This document shows positions 26,144-34,505 of a stretch of DNA of 64,000 bases, one piece after another. The stretch is from Gemmatimonadota bacterium. GTDB lineage: Bacteria > Gemmatimonadota > Gemmatimonadetes > Palauibacterales > Palauibacteraceae. The stretch lies in assembly GCA_046758745.1 (NCBI GenBank), contig JBHIAV010000007.1, positions 1-64,000 on the forward strand, written 5' to 3'. The notes under the pieces were generated by a model. The model was not told where the DNA came from. It did not search any database and saw only the letters and a program-made list of their open reading frames with translations. Positions within the stretch are counted from its first letter, which is position 1; each line of letters opens with the position of its first letter. A program made the translations under genes and the position numbers.

Positions 26144-26872
26144 ATGTACCTGGCGCTGATCGTTCTCCTGTACGGACTCATCACGGCGCTCGCCACCGGT
26201 CTCGGGGCCGTGCCGTTCGTCTTCGTGAGATCGATCTCCCCGCGCGTCGTGGCGTTCGCCAACGCGGTGGCGGCCGGCCTCATGCTGGGCGCCTGCTTCG
26301 GTCTTCTGGCCGAGGGCACGGGCTACGGGGGATGGCAGACGATCGGCGGGGCGAACCTCGGCGTGGTGTTCATCCTGATCACGCAACGGTGGTTGGCACG
26401 TCACGACCTCCGTTTCGGGGCGATGGGCGGGAGGAGCGCCCGGCGTATGGTGTTGATGGTGCTCGTGATGACGGTGCATTCCTTCTCGGAGGGTGTGGCC
26501 ATTGGCGCTTCCTTCGGCGGCGGAATGGGGCTCGCCACCCTCATCACGGGGGCGATCGCCGTTCACAACATCCCCGAGGGTCTGGCGATCAGCGCCGTGC
26601 TCCGCCCGCGGGGAGCCGGGATCTTCGCCTGCGCCGGGTGGAGCGTCTTCTCCTCGCTTCCGCAGCCGCTCATGGCGGTGCCGGCGTTCCTCTTCGTGGA
26701 CGCCTTCGCGCCCGCCCTCCCGTACGGGATCGGCTTCGCCGCCGGTGCCATGATCTTCATGGTCTTCCTCGAGCTCCTGCCCGAGGCGTACGAGCAGGCG
26801 CCGAAGCCTGCGATCGGCCTGGTCACCTGCCTCACCCTGGTGGCGATGCTCCTCTTCCAGGAGTACCTGTAG
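26144..26872 (+). CDS. ZIP family metal transporter (second of a pair)
   Basis: TALATGLGA.P, VHSFSEGVAIG, AIAVHNIPEG, GFAAGAM, ELLPEA; GGAGG SD. Confidence 0.92.
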   Translation: MYLALIVLLYGLITALATGLGAVPFVFVRSISPRVVAFANAVAAGLMLGACFGLLAEGTGYGGWQTIGGANLGVVFILITQRWLARHDLRFGAMGGRSARRMVLMVLVMTVHSFSEGVAIGASFGGGMGLATLITGAIAVHNIPEGLAISAVLRPRGAGIFACAGWSVFSSLPQPLMAVPAFLFVDAFAPALPYGIGFAAGAMIFMVFLELLPEAYEQAPKPAIGLVTCLTLVAMLLFQEYL

Positions 26873-26950
26873 CGGCTCGCCGGGCGGCAGCAGCCTGAGC
26901 GAAGCGGCGCGGGAGGAGTGGGGGGGGGCCGCGCGGGACGCCGCCGACCC

Positions 26951-26983
26951 TCGGGTCAGGACCGGCCTGGGTCGTGACCCCGA
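26951..26983. terminator. Hairpin between convergent genes
   Basis: GGGTCA/TGACCC and GACC/GGTC stems; no clear U-tract. Confidence 0.4.
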
Positions 26984-26987
26984 CCGG

Positions 26988-27413
26988 CTAGAAGACCGAT
27001 ATGGTCGAGTGGTCCAGCACCGTTTTCACATCCAGCTCGAGATCGTCCCCGGGCTGGACGTGCACCTGATCTGAGAGGAAGGCGGCGGTCGAGCCCACCG
27101 GGTCCACGAGGAAGCGGAGCTCCGCGGCGGTCTGCTGGAAGATGGGCGGGAGGTTGAAGGCGGCCGTCGTCTTGGCCGAAACGGTCCCGAGGCGGACCAC
27201 GGTGCCTCCACGCACCGCGTACACGGTGACGTCCAGCACGTTGGCGTTCTCCACCACGATCCGCGTCGGCTCCGTCGCGGGCGCTTCCTCGCCTTCCGCG
27301 GCCGGCGGCTCGGGCCGCCCGGAAGCGCACCCGAGCGCCGTGACCCCTGCCAGTGCCAGCGCCGCCGGCCAAAGAAGGGCCAGTCGCTCGCGTCTCCGTC
27401 GACAACGCTCCAT
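26988..27413 (-). CDS. Small hypothetical lipoprotein downstream of SusD
   Basis: Lipobox ALGC; compact beta-rich domain VEN...DV.VYA......RLG.V; start uncertain. Confidence 0.75.
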   Translation of the reverse strand: MERCRRRRERLALLWPAALALAGVTALGCASGRPEPPAAEGEEAPATEPTRIVVENANVLDVTVYAVRGGTVVRLGTVSAKTTAAFNLPPIFQQTAAELRFLVDPVGSTAAFLSDQVHVQPGDDLELDVKTVLDHSTISVF

Positions 27414-27419
27414 CACGCG

Positions 27420-27549
27420 CATGTGGCCATCGGCATGCGCACCTTGCCATCCATCTGCGCACCTGGCCATTCCCCTGCCACCTGGCCATCTACCTGCCAC
27501 CCGGCGATCCACCTGCCCGCCTGTCCCTCCCCATGCCCGACTGGCCATT
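27420..27549. repeat. Degenerate ~19-20-bp tandem array (CACCTGGCCATCYMCCTGC-like, about 6-7 units)
   Basis: Consecutive units caccttgccatccatctgc, cacctggccattcccctgc, cacctggccatctacctgc, cacccggcgatccacctgc and further degenerate copies. Confidence 0.75.
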
Positions 27550-27629
27550 GAGAAACGACCCCCGGCCGCCGAGGAGTGAACCTGGAGGCCGGGGGTCGGA
27601 GTTCCGGCGAAGCCTCGGTCGTTGTGCTC

Positions 27630-29027
27630 CTACTGCCGAGCGTTGGTCTCGTCCACCGGGATCGGGAACTCCGAATGAATCGTGTGATTCGGCTGATCGA
27701 GCGGCAGCTGGTTGAGTCGCCCGTGCCGCCGCATGTCGATCCACCGGTGTCCGCCCTCGAAGAGCAGCGAGTACCGCTTGTTGTACAGGAGCTCGTCGAG
27801 GATGTTGGAGGCGTCGAGGTCGTTCCGCTCCGGCAGGCCGCCGGACGTGGTCCGGATGAAGTTGATGTCGTCGGCCGCATCGGAGATGTTGCCGAGTCCG
27901 ATGTTCGCCTCGGCCCGGAGCAGGATCAGCTCCTCGTTCCGGATGATCGGCACGGGCGACGTCGGTGACGGATACAGCGGATCGAAGCGGAGATCCGAGA
28001 AGACTCCCAGCAGCGTCCGCGGATCCGGCGCCGGTCCCACCTTTCGAAGGAAGCGCGCATCGGGATCGACGCCGTTCTCCTGGAGCTGCGCGTCGGCCCG
28101 GATCGAAATGTGGGCGAAGAGGTCCGGATCCACGAGCTGGCTGAGCGCGTCCCCGGAGCCCGTTCCGAAGACGTGGTACACGCCGAGATCGAGTGACGCT
28201 CCCTCATCCAGGAACGACTCGCCGAGCGCATCGAGCGCCCGGCTCGCCGCCGCCGCGTCGAACTCCATCCGGTAGACCTCCACCCTCCCGAGCAGCGCGC
28301 GGTTGAACAGGAGGAAGGTCGCCGGGGTGTCGAAGCCCGCGAAGCCGGAGCTGAGCGGGAACGGGAACACAGAGCCACCGGCCGCCAGGTTCCCTTTCGC
28401 CTCCTCGAGAAGCTCCACGATCCGCGCGAACACCTCCTGCTTGGTGACGAACGGGGCCGGGGGATCGCTCAGCGGACGATCCACGTCGATCGGGGCGCCG
28501 TTGTCGTTCCGCGCGTTGATGATGAGGAGAAAGTCGAGGGCCTGCATCGTCTTGGCGAACCCTCGCGTCGCTTCCTTCTCCTCGGGGGTCATCCCGTCCG
28601 GAGGCGCGTCCGGCAGGGCGTCCAGGGCGGCCAGCAGGATGTTGGCGTTGCGGATGTTCTGATACCGCTCTCGCCACAGGTTCCCGCCGAGGGCGCGGGC
28701 GCCGGGGTCGAGCTGCAGTCCATCCACGCCGAGCATCTGCGTGATGAAGCGCGTGTCGGCGCCGTCCAGGTTGTAGGACTCCCGGCCCAGGATTCCGAGC
28801 AGGGAGACGTACCCGTTGAACCTGGCGATGTTTTCCCGCGCCCCGATCAGAAGGCCTGTCGCCCCGGCGACGGCGCCGGAGCGCGTCGGCGACTCCTCCA
28901 GCTCCTCGGCGCTCGGGTTGTTGAAGTCGGGCGCCTCCAGAGCCTCGCACGCGTTCAGCCCGCCGATCGCCAGGACGGCGAAGAGGGCGGGGATCGATCG
29001 CCTGATGGCCATGTTTCGCATCCTCAT
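27630..29027 (-). CDS. RagB/SusD family outer-membrane lipoprotein
   Basis: Lipobox LNAC; PIIR.EELIL.RAEA; IN.IR; EGGHRW.D.RR.G; PIP..E. Confidence 0.93.
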   Translation of the reverse strand: MRMRNMAIRRSIPALFAVLAIGGLNACEALEAPDFNNPSAEELEESPTRSGAVAGATGLLIGARENIARFNGYVSLLGILGRESYNLDGADTRFITQMLGVDGLQLDPGARALGGNLWRERYQNIRNANILLAALDALPDAPPDGMTPEEKEATRGFAKTMQALDFLLIINARNDNGAPIDVDRPLSDPPAPFVTKQEVFARIVELLEEAKGNLAAGGSVFPFPLSSGFAGFDTPATFLLFNRALLGRVEVYRMEFDAAAASRALDALGESFLDEGASLDLGVYHVFGTGSGDALSQLVDPDLFAHISIRADAQLQENGVDPDARFLRKVGPAPDPRTLLGVFSDLRFDPLYPSPTSPVPIIRNEELILLRAEANIGLGNISDAADDINFIRTTSGGLPERNDLDASNILDELLYNKRYSLLFEGGHRWIDMRRHGRLNQLPLDQPNHTIHSEFPIPVDETNARQ

Positions 29028-29044
29028 CGCTCTCGTCCTCGCGG

Positions 29045-32005
29045 CTAGAATCCAAGATCGATCGAGAACCAGAAGCTCCGGCTCGGCGGGTACGGCGAGG
29101 TGTCGATGTTCCGTCCGATGGACTGGTTCCCGAAGTTGCTCACCTCCGGATCGAGGCCCGAGTAGCCGGTGAACACGAACAGATCTCGCGCGCTCAGGCT
29201 CAGGCGGACCCGCCGGAAGGACGACCACAGCTTCTTGACGACATCCGTGGGAAGCTCGTAGGCCAGGGTGGCCTCGCGCAGCTTGACGAACGTGCCCGAT
29301 TCGAGGAACGCCCTGGCGTCCGTACCGAACGCACCCAAACGCGCCGCTCCGTTTTCCAAAAAGTCTTCGGTGGTCTGGGCGAGATCCGAGATCAGCGTAT
29401 TCAGGTTGATGATATCGCCGCCCCGCCGCCAGTCGAAGAGCGTGTACAGGCTGAGTCCCTTGTAAGAAAATTCGTTCACGAAGGACATTTTGAAGTCCGG
29501 GTTCGTATCACCGATCTTCACGATGTCGCCGGACGGGATAATGCCTACGATCTGGGTGGCCGAGGCCCCCTCCTCGACCCGGAACTCTCCGAGCGAGGGG
29601 CCGAAGCCGCTGTTCGGATCCCCCGGCGCCGGGGAGAACTGCCTGACACCGATCGCCTCCTCTAGCTCGAGCACCTTGCTCCGGTCGAGGGAGAAGAGGG
29701 TCCTGGACACCCACTGGAAGTCCGAGGTCCGGAACGGGGTGAGCCCCAGCGCCAGCTCGACCCCTCGCACGCGCAGCTCACCGCCGTTGACGAATCGGGA
29801 CTCGAAGCCCGATGAGGGGGCCACCGTCTGCTGGAGGAGGAGGTCGGTGATGTTCTGCTGGTAGAAGGTGAACTCGAGGCTCGCGTTGCCGCCGACCAGC
29901 GTCGCGTCAAAGCCGGCTTCGATCTCGCGCGTCCGCTCCGGCTCGATGTTGGGATCGCCTACCCGCGGGTTCACCACAATGCCTGCTTCGCCCTCGATGT
30001 TCTGGGTGGCGTTCAGGCTGATGAACTTCTGTCCGAACAGAGGCTGGTTGCCCGACTCGCCGTACGCCACACGGAGCTTCAGGTCCTCGATGGCCCCCGA
30101 CAGCCCTGTGAAGCTGTAGGCGGCCGACCCCTTCGGGTACCAGAAGACCTCCTCGTCGTCCCCGTTCGCGCTGGACTGCTCCCCCCGAACCGCGCCGGTG
30201 AGGGTGAGCCGCTCGTCCAGGAGCTGCAGCTCCTCCTGAATGTAGAAGCCGAAGTCCTCCACCCGCTCCTTCCGCTGGCTCACCTCGATCTGGGTTCCCG
30301 ACGCGAGGTTCTCCTGACCCGCGGTGAGGTCGCGGCTCACGATCCGAGCGATGTTGAGCTCCCGCTCCTCGAACTGAACCCCCGCCGAGGTGGTGGCCCG
30401 GAAGGAGCCCGAGGAGGGGGTGTAGGAGTAGACCGCGTCTCCGCTCAGGTTCTGGTTGCGGTTGTCGCTGTCCGAGAGAAGTGATGTCCCCGGCAGCCCG
30501 TCATCCGGCTCGAAGAAGAGCTCGGGCGGGAAGAAGAGGTCGTTCTCCTGCCGGAACCAGTCTATCCCTCCCCGCGCGATCAGCCTCAGGCTGCTGTTCT
30601 CGGTCCTGACGGCCTCCCAGGAGAGGTCGGCCGAGCCGATGAAGCGCCACACCTCCTCCTCGTTCTTCATCAGCTCGAACGTCTGGAGGGGGTTGCTGCC
30701 GCCCGTGAACGGGTTGTCGGGAAACGTTCCGTCCGGCCTCTGCCTGAGGTCGAAGAAGCGCGGGATGAACGGCAGCGCGAAGAACGGCGTGATGAGGAAG
30801 TTGTCGTTGTTGAAGAGGCCACGCCGAGCCAGGGTGTGAACGATGTTGGAGCTCACGCCCAGCCGCCACCGCTCGCCGAGCTGCTGGTCGATATTGAGCC
30901 GGAGCGACTGCTTCTGGTACCCGGTGTTGTTGACGATGCCCTCGTCGTCCTTTACGAGAGCGGAGACGAAATAGCTCGTGTTCTCGCTACCGCCGCTCAC
31001 GCTGGCGATCGTCTCGAAGGAGAGCTTGTTGCGGTCGGAGAGCTCCTGCTCGTGGTCGAAAAACCGCCCCTGCCGGAACGGCTCGCGTGCCGCCTCTCCG
31101 AACACCGAAACCACCTCGTCCTCCGTGGCGCCCCGGAAGGTGCGATAGTTGAACTTCTCGCTCAGTTCGAAGAAACCGAAGCGCTGCGTGAGGTCGACCC
31201 GGGGCGGGCCGGGGCGCCCGCGCTTCGTGGTGATGATGACCACGCCGTTGCTCGCCTTCGATCCGTAGATCGCCGAGGCCGAGGCGCCCTTCAGGATCTC
31301 GATGCTCTCGATGTCGTTCGGATTGAGATCGGCGATACGGTTGACCTGGTCCTGCTGAAGGGGCGAAGGGTTCGACCCGCCGCTGGACTGGGTCACCACG
31401 TCCTGGTTGTTCACGATCGCCACGTTGCTGACGATCGTGCCATCCACCACGTAGAGCGGCTCGCTGGCGGCGTTGATCGAGGAGATGCCGCGCAAGTTCA
31501 CCTGGATGCCGCCGCCGGGGGCGCCGGAGTTTTTCTGGATGTCGGCGCCCGCGATCTTCCCCTGTACGGCCTGCTCGACCGAGGACGCGGGCACCCGCTC
31601 GAGCTCCGCGGCGCTCACCGTGGAGATCGCGTTGGCGACGCTGCGCCGCTCCAGCGCCGTGGCGCGCCCCGTCACCACCAGCTGCTCGAGCTGAAGGAGG
31701 TCGGTGCGGAGCTCCACCGTGACGCTGCTCTGGTCCGCCGCCACCGTCACTTCTCCCGCCCGGTATCCGATGCGCACCACGCGCAGCGTCACGCTACCGG
31801 CGGGTGCCCCCCTAAGCACGAAGGTGCCGTCCTCCGCCCCAAAGGCGCCGAGCTGGGTCCCGACGACGCTGACGCTCGCGTTCGCCACGGGCGCCTGCGT
31901 GTCCATGTCGATCACCCGTCCCGAGATCGTCCGCTGCTGCGCGATCCCGAGGCTCGCGGTGAGGAGAAGGAGTACGGTGGAGAGTAGGCCGGCTCTGGCA
32001 GTCAT
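29045..32005 (-). CDS. SusC/RagA family TonB-dependent outer-membrane transporter
   Basis: CarboxypepD-like N-domain, VVTG, plug PLYVVDG...DLNPNDIESIEILKGASASAIYGS.ASNGVVIITTK.G, C-terminal F. Confidence 0.96.
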   Translation of the reverse strand: MTARAGLLSTVLLLLTASLGIAQQRTISGRVIDMDTQAPVANASVSVVGTQLGAFGAEDGTFVLRGAPAGSVTLRVVRIGYRAGEVTVAADQSSVTVELRTDLLQLEQLVVTGRATALERRSVANAISTVSAAELERVPASSVEQAVQGKIAGADIQKNSGAPGGGIQVNLRGISSINAASEPLYVVDGTIVSNVAIVNNQDVVTQSSGGSNPSPLQQDQVNRIADLNPNDIESIEILKGASASAIYGSKASNGVVIITTKRGRPGPPRVDLTQRFGFFELSEKFNYRTFRGATEDEVVSVFGEAAREPFRQGRFFDHEQELSDRNKLSFETIASVSGGSENTSYFVSALVKDDEGIVNNTGYQKQSLRLNIDQQLGERWRLGVSSNIVHTLARRGLFNNDNFLITPFFALPFIPRFFDLRQRPDGTFPDNPFTGGSNPLQTFELMKNEEEVWRFIGSADLSWEAVRTENSSLRLIARGGIDWFRQENDLFFPPELFFEPDDGLPGTSLLSDSDNRNQNLSGDAVYSYTPSSGSFRATTSAGVQFEERELNIARIVSRDLTAGQENLASGTQIEVSQRKERVEDFGFYIQEELQLLDERLTLTGAVRGEQSSANGDDEEVFWYPKGSAAYSFTGLSGAIEDLKLRVAYGESGNQPLFGQKFISLNATQNIEGEAGIVVNPRVGDPNIEPERTREIEAGFDATLVGGNASLEFTFYQQNITDLLLQQTVAPSSGFESRFVNGGELRVRGVELALGLTPFRTSDFQWVSRTLFSLDRSKVLELEEAIGVRQFSPAPGDPNSGFGPSLGEFRVEEGASATQIVGIIPSGDIVKIGDTNPDFKMSFVNEFSYKGLSLYTLFDWRRGGDIINLNTLISDLAQTTEDFLENGAARLGAFGTDARAFLESGTFVKLREATLAYELPTDVVKKLWSSFRRVRLSLSARDLFVFTGYSGLDPEVSNFGNQSIGRNIDTSPYPPSRSFWFSIDLGF

Positions 32006-32046
32006 CGATGCCTCCCCGAAGTCGTGCGGTTGCGAAGAGCCCGACA

Positions 32047-32102
32047 CGGCGAACGAACCTACAGGTCGATGCGGCGAACGAATCTACAGGTCAATGCGGC
32101 GA
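32047..32102. repeat. 25-bp direct repeat x2 upstream of susC
   Basis: CGGCGAACGAA(C/T)CTACAGGTC(G/A)ATG at 32047-71 and 32072-96, plus partial CGGCGA. Confidence 0.85.
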
Positions 32103-32391
32103 CCGCCGGTCCCCCCACAGCGGCTCGCGGATCTCTTCCGGATGCAGGTATCCCGCACATGGAGCCTCTCGGGGGAGCAGACAGGCTAACAAGGACAGCC
32201 CGAGTTGACAAGGGCGGCGCGGCCGGACCGCAAACGGGCCTGCCCTGCGCCCCGGCCTTACCGCTCCGGTCGGGCGGCGGATCGAGCGCGGGGCCTTCCT
32301 ACGGCCCGAATCCTGCAACGCCTCCAAGGCTCCTCCATGCGCCGCCGACGGGTGGTGCGAGGCGGGCCTCATCGTCAGGAGCGCGAACAGC

Positions 32392-32937
32392 ATGACGGAC
32401 ATGGAGATGCCCGAGCCCGACGCCCCGGTGAACGCCTCCTGGGGCGCGCTCGATGGCGGCGACGCCTTCGTGCGTCGGGCCTCGGGCCCGGAGGGGGGAG
32501 GGGCGGACGAGCGGAGTTCGGTGCCGGGGAGCGCGCCCACGATCCTGAAGCGGGCGAAGCGCGGCGGGTCGGGTCTTCCGCCCAACCTGGCGGGAGCGCT
32601 CTCTTACGTCGCGGGCCCGTTCACCGGGGCCGTGTTCCTCATCATGGACGAGGAAGTCCCGTTCGTGCGCTTCCACGCCCTCCAGGCGATCACTCTCACC
32701 GTGGCGTGGGTCAGCGTGTGGATCGTCGTGTCGCTGTTCGCTTTCCTTGTCGATAGCATCCCCGTGGTCGGTCACCCCCTCGCCGTCTTTCTCCGCCTCC
32801 TCGTGGCCGGGGGAAGCGTCGGCCTTTGGCTCTACGCCATGCACGAGGCGCTTCGGAGCCGGGAGTGGGAGGTGCCGTTCGTCGGCCTGATCGTCCGGCG
32901 GCTGGAGGAGGCGGACTCGGCCGGGACGGACAGTTAG
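32392..32937 (+). CDS. DUF4870-like membrane protein
   Basis: GL.PN.AGALSY, FVRFHA.QAI, W.VP.VG; TTGACA at 32205 may be its -35. Confidence 0.8.
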   Translation: MTDMEMPEPDAPVNASWGALDGGDAFVRRASGPEGGGADERSSVPGSAPTILKRAKRGGSGLPPNLAGALSYVAGPFTGAVFLIMDEEVPFVRFHALQAITLTVAWVSVWIVVSLFAFLVDSIPVVGHPLAVFLRLLVAGGSVGLWLYAMHEALRSREWEVPFVGLIVRRLEEADSAGTDS

Positions 32938-33992
32938 AGGCTGTCGAACAGGCTCAGTTGCCCCGCGGGCGGAGGCCGTCGGAAGTGGGCGGTCGAGAGC
33001 GCGAGGCGCCCCGTGTTCAGCCCCACTCTCCGGCAGCCGATCTCGAACATTCGCTGGACCTGCCTGGCGAACGGACCCTCCCCGCGCATCCGAGCCCCGT
33101 AGCGAGCCTCGTAGAGCCTTCCGCCGCGAAGCTCGCGCAGCCGGTTCAGCACCTTCTCTTTCCGCGCGGGAAAGTGCTGCTGCAGCCAAGCTCCGAAAAG
33201 CGACTCCACACCGTACGGGAGTCGCAGCATGATGAAGCCCGCCCTCGTCGCCCCGGCGTCGGCGGCTGCGGCCAGGATCCGCGGCATCTCGTGGTCGGTC
33301 ATGCCCGGGATGACCGGGGCCACCATGACCCCGACCGGGATCCCGACCTCCGAGAGCTTGCGAATCGCCTCCAGCCGACGCTCGGGCACCGAGGTGCGCG
33401 GCTCCATGAAGCGCTGGAGCTCCGGATCCAAGGTGGTCAGCGAGAGTGAGACGCTCACCGCACGAAAAGGGAGGAACCGTTCGAGCAGGTCTAGATCACG
33501 GGTCACCAGGTGGTTCTTGGTGATGATCGCGACGGGATTGCGGGCCTCCGCCAGCACCTCCAGGCAACCGCGGGTGATGCGCAGACGTCGCTCGATCGGC
33601 TGGTACGGGTCGGTGACGCCGCTCAGCGCAAGCACCTGCGGCTTCCAGCGGGGCGAGGCGAGCTCCCTGCGGAGGAGAACGGGCGCGTTCTCCTTCACCA
33701 GGATCTTCGTCTCGAAGTCCAGGCCGGCCGAGAAGCCGAGATACTCGTGGTTGGGCCGGGCGTAACAGTAAGCACACCCGTGCTCGCATCCCCTATACGG
33801 GTTGATGCTGGCGTCGAAGCCGACGTCGGGGCTCTCGTTGTAGGTTATGAGCGAGCGAGAGTCGTCAGGGAGGAACCGGGTGCGTGGAAGGGGGTCGTCC
33901 TCCGTCCAACCGTCTCGCTCGATGGCGATGGCCGAGAACCGATTCGGCGGATTGTCAGAGACGCCGCGACCGCGCAGGGGAACGAGGCTCAT
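32934..33992 (-). CDS. PA0069/Rv2578c-family (spore photoproduct lyase-like) radical SAM protein
   Basis: SINPYRGCEHGCAYCYARP (CxxxCxxC); TDPYQP.E. Confidence 0.93.
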   Translation of the reverse strand: MSLVPLRGRGVSDNPPNRFSAIAIERDGWTEDDPLPRTRFLPDDSRSLITYNESPDVGFDASINPYRGCEHGCAYCYARPNHEYLGFSAGLDFETKILVKENAPVLLRRELASPRWKPQVLALSGVTDPYQPIERRLRITRGCLEVLAEARNPVAIITKNHLVTRDLDLLERFLPFRAVSVSLSLTTLDPELQRFMEPRTSVPERRLEAIRKLSEVGIPVGVMVAPVIPGMTDHEMPRILAAAADAGATRAGFIMLRLPYGVESLFGAWLQQHFPARKEKVLNRLRELRGGRLYEARYGARMRGEGPFARQVQRMFEIGCRRVGLNTGRLALSTAHFRRPPPAGQLSLFDSL

Positions 33993-34268
33993 ACGGGCAG
34001 TACCCGGGGCGGCCAGAGAAGTTTCGGTGTTTGTTCGGGACGCGGAGCGCCGTTCGCCCCTCTATCCTTTCCGGGCTGCAGGCGCTAAACTGGTCCCTGC
34101 GTTGGGAATCAACTCTCGACGTAGGGAATCAACGTCGGAGGATTGGGCGTCCGGTGTTCGTTACCACACGGGTCCGCCACGCATGCCTGGCCGGTCTCCC
34201 TATGATCCGGGGGGTCCTCTCATCTCATAGCTGATCGGCGCACGGGTTGTAAGCACGGAGGGTGATCG

Positions 34269-34439
34269 ATGGCGCTCTACGAATACCTCTGCGAGGACTG
34301 CAGCAAGACCTTCACGGTCCAGGAATCGATCGCGAAGCACGAGAAGGGACGGAGGAAGCGAGCCTGCCCGGAGTGCGGGGGACGCAAAACGCACCAGCTC
34401 TTCTCGAGCTTCTTCGCCAAGACCAGCTCCAAGAGCTGA
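34269..34439 (+). CDS. FmdB-family zinc-ribbon protein (56 aa)
   Basis: MALYEYLCEDC...F...CPECG; GGAGG SD; below the ORF-track cutoff. Confidence 0.9.
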   Translation: MALYEYLCEDCSKTFTVQESIAKHEKGRRKRACPECGGRKTHQLFSSFFAKTSSKS

Positions 34440-34505
34440 TCCAACCGCCGGGGGGGCGACCGGCGGCGCCCCTGGCGCGCAGCTGGTCGATGCCGGCGTC
34501 GCGGC

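Noticed and set aside
26951-26983. GGGTCAGGACCGG resembling the SRP RNA core
   Set aside because: The required following GAAG...AGCAG half is absent; better explained as an intergenic hairpin
27420-27549. Possible CRISPR array (also 32047-32102)
   Set aside because: Units are contiguous without unique spacers and no cas genes are present; the AddAB nucleases are repair enzymes, not Cas4
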